Shown here one piece after another: positions 63,070 through 64,000 of a DNA stretch of 64,000 nucleotides. The position numbers and the translations under genes were made by a program. Position 1 is the stretch's first letter; every line of letters begins with the position of its first letter. A model generated the notes under the pieces. The model searched no databases and was not told where the DNA came from. It saw only the letters and a program-made list of their open reading frames with translations. Source of the stretch: Macrostomum hystrix (taxonomy: Eukaryota; Animalia; Platyhelminthes); contig CATNEN010000034.1 in the NCBI GenBank assembly GCA_950097015.1, forward strand, positions 1,736,001 through 1,800,000, written 5' to 3'.

Positions 63070-63252
63070 CATAATTATTATATTTGCCGGAGGGCTGCGG
63101 GAAATGACACATCAATTGGTGACACTAGACCTGCAGCCAGCCAGGAGGCGATTCCACCAATTCCGCGGACTACTGAGCACACACGCACACAGATACTGTA
63201 CACAGGTGTGTACATCTGCTCTGGCTTTCTCATCGTAAGGCAGTGTACACTC
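63070..63252 (-). mobile_element. 5'-truncated SINE family A copy
   Basis: Matches the 3' half of family A (ggagggctgcggg...gtgacact...gtgtacatctgc...ctttctcatcgt.aggcagtgtacact) and ends at the base of the internal hairpin. Confidence 0.75.
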
Positions 63253-64000
63253 TCAATAGGCCGTATGAATAAAGTGAGCAATTGCTCAAAGTCTACGAGA
63301 TTCTCAATTCAGAATGGTATATTTCAGCGCGTATCGCACGAGTGCTTTTTGCCATAGACACACGAGTCAGAGTGGAAATTGCAGTGTTGTTGGATTCATT
63401 CTTGCACACAGTATGAGTGGTAGGAAGCAGTCCCCTTGCGGATGGTGTGGGGGCGGAGCCCCACTGATACGAGACCATAGACATTTAAACCAAAGATAGA
63501 CTCACGAGCCCGAGTATCGTCGAAAGCTTTATTTCGTCAGATTTCAAAAGGGTTGAGCCATAGACATGCATTCCTGCACTTGTCGTGAAATTAACTTGTC
63601 TATTTAGAGCTTTCCCTCCATGACCAAAGATCCACCTCAGTCATCTAACCCAATTTGAAATCGACATGGCTAGCACCATAGACCCAAATTTTTGCGCTCC
63701 ATTAATTGATTTGAACTACGTCACCGTGAGTGGAGTTTTGACGGACGCTGTAGCCGTTTTGTCTACAGAATGAACAAAGTGAGTGCTTGCTGCTGAACAA
63801 ATGCTCACCATGATTGTCTCAAGAGTTAGTGTTCACCCTTCGAGCAATTGCTCTGTGACTCGCGTCAGCAAGAATAAACTCTGGCCATAGACAAATGTCT
63901 GAAGCATTTGCTCGCGTTTTCTTGAGTCAAGTCGGCAGCGTGCTCAGCGTCTATTCAGCATCATACTTTCCTACTGCTCTGTTAGCATGGCTGAGTTTCT

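Noticed and set aside
63250-64000. Moderately GC-rich terminal segment with short ORFs
   Set aside because: No motif, boundaries or repeat copy are identifiable within the window.

Overview
Eukaryotic (animal) genomic DNA with GC-rich exons, GT-AG introns and many 16-50 bp minisatellite arrays. The style most resembles the free-living flatworm Macrostomum; this is an inference, not tested. Spliced gene models were built by hand from splice sites and frame continuity. Minus strand: ZPR1 (runs off the left edge), an SH3BP5/Sab-like gene, VDAC/porin, a frame-disrupted NAT16-like GNAT acetyltransferase missing from the ORF track, an atypical (Gyc88E-like) soluble guanylyl cyclase, an intronless sterol delta-7 reductase (DHCR7, DWF5-type), a divergent polycystin/TRPP-like membrane protein and a PSD/EFA6 Arf-GEF. 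Plus strand: a KCTD gene with two tandem BTB/T1 domains and RNPS1. Mobile DNA includes an internally deleted Ty3/Gypsy element with apparently identical LTRs and a 4-bp TSD in the VDAC intron minisatellite, two tRNA-derived SINE families and several non-autonomous DNA transposons with TIRs and TSDs. The most notable observation is that the guanylyl cyclase can splice in frame onto a terminal exon encoding a Dpy-30/DYDC-type dimerisation-docking motif, while its first catalytic metal-binding Asp is replaced by Lys. No rRNA, genuine tRNA or CRISPR array is supported. Most long ORFs in the supplied track are repeat translations or antisense shadows.
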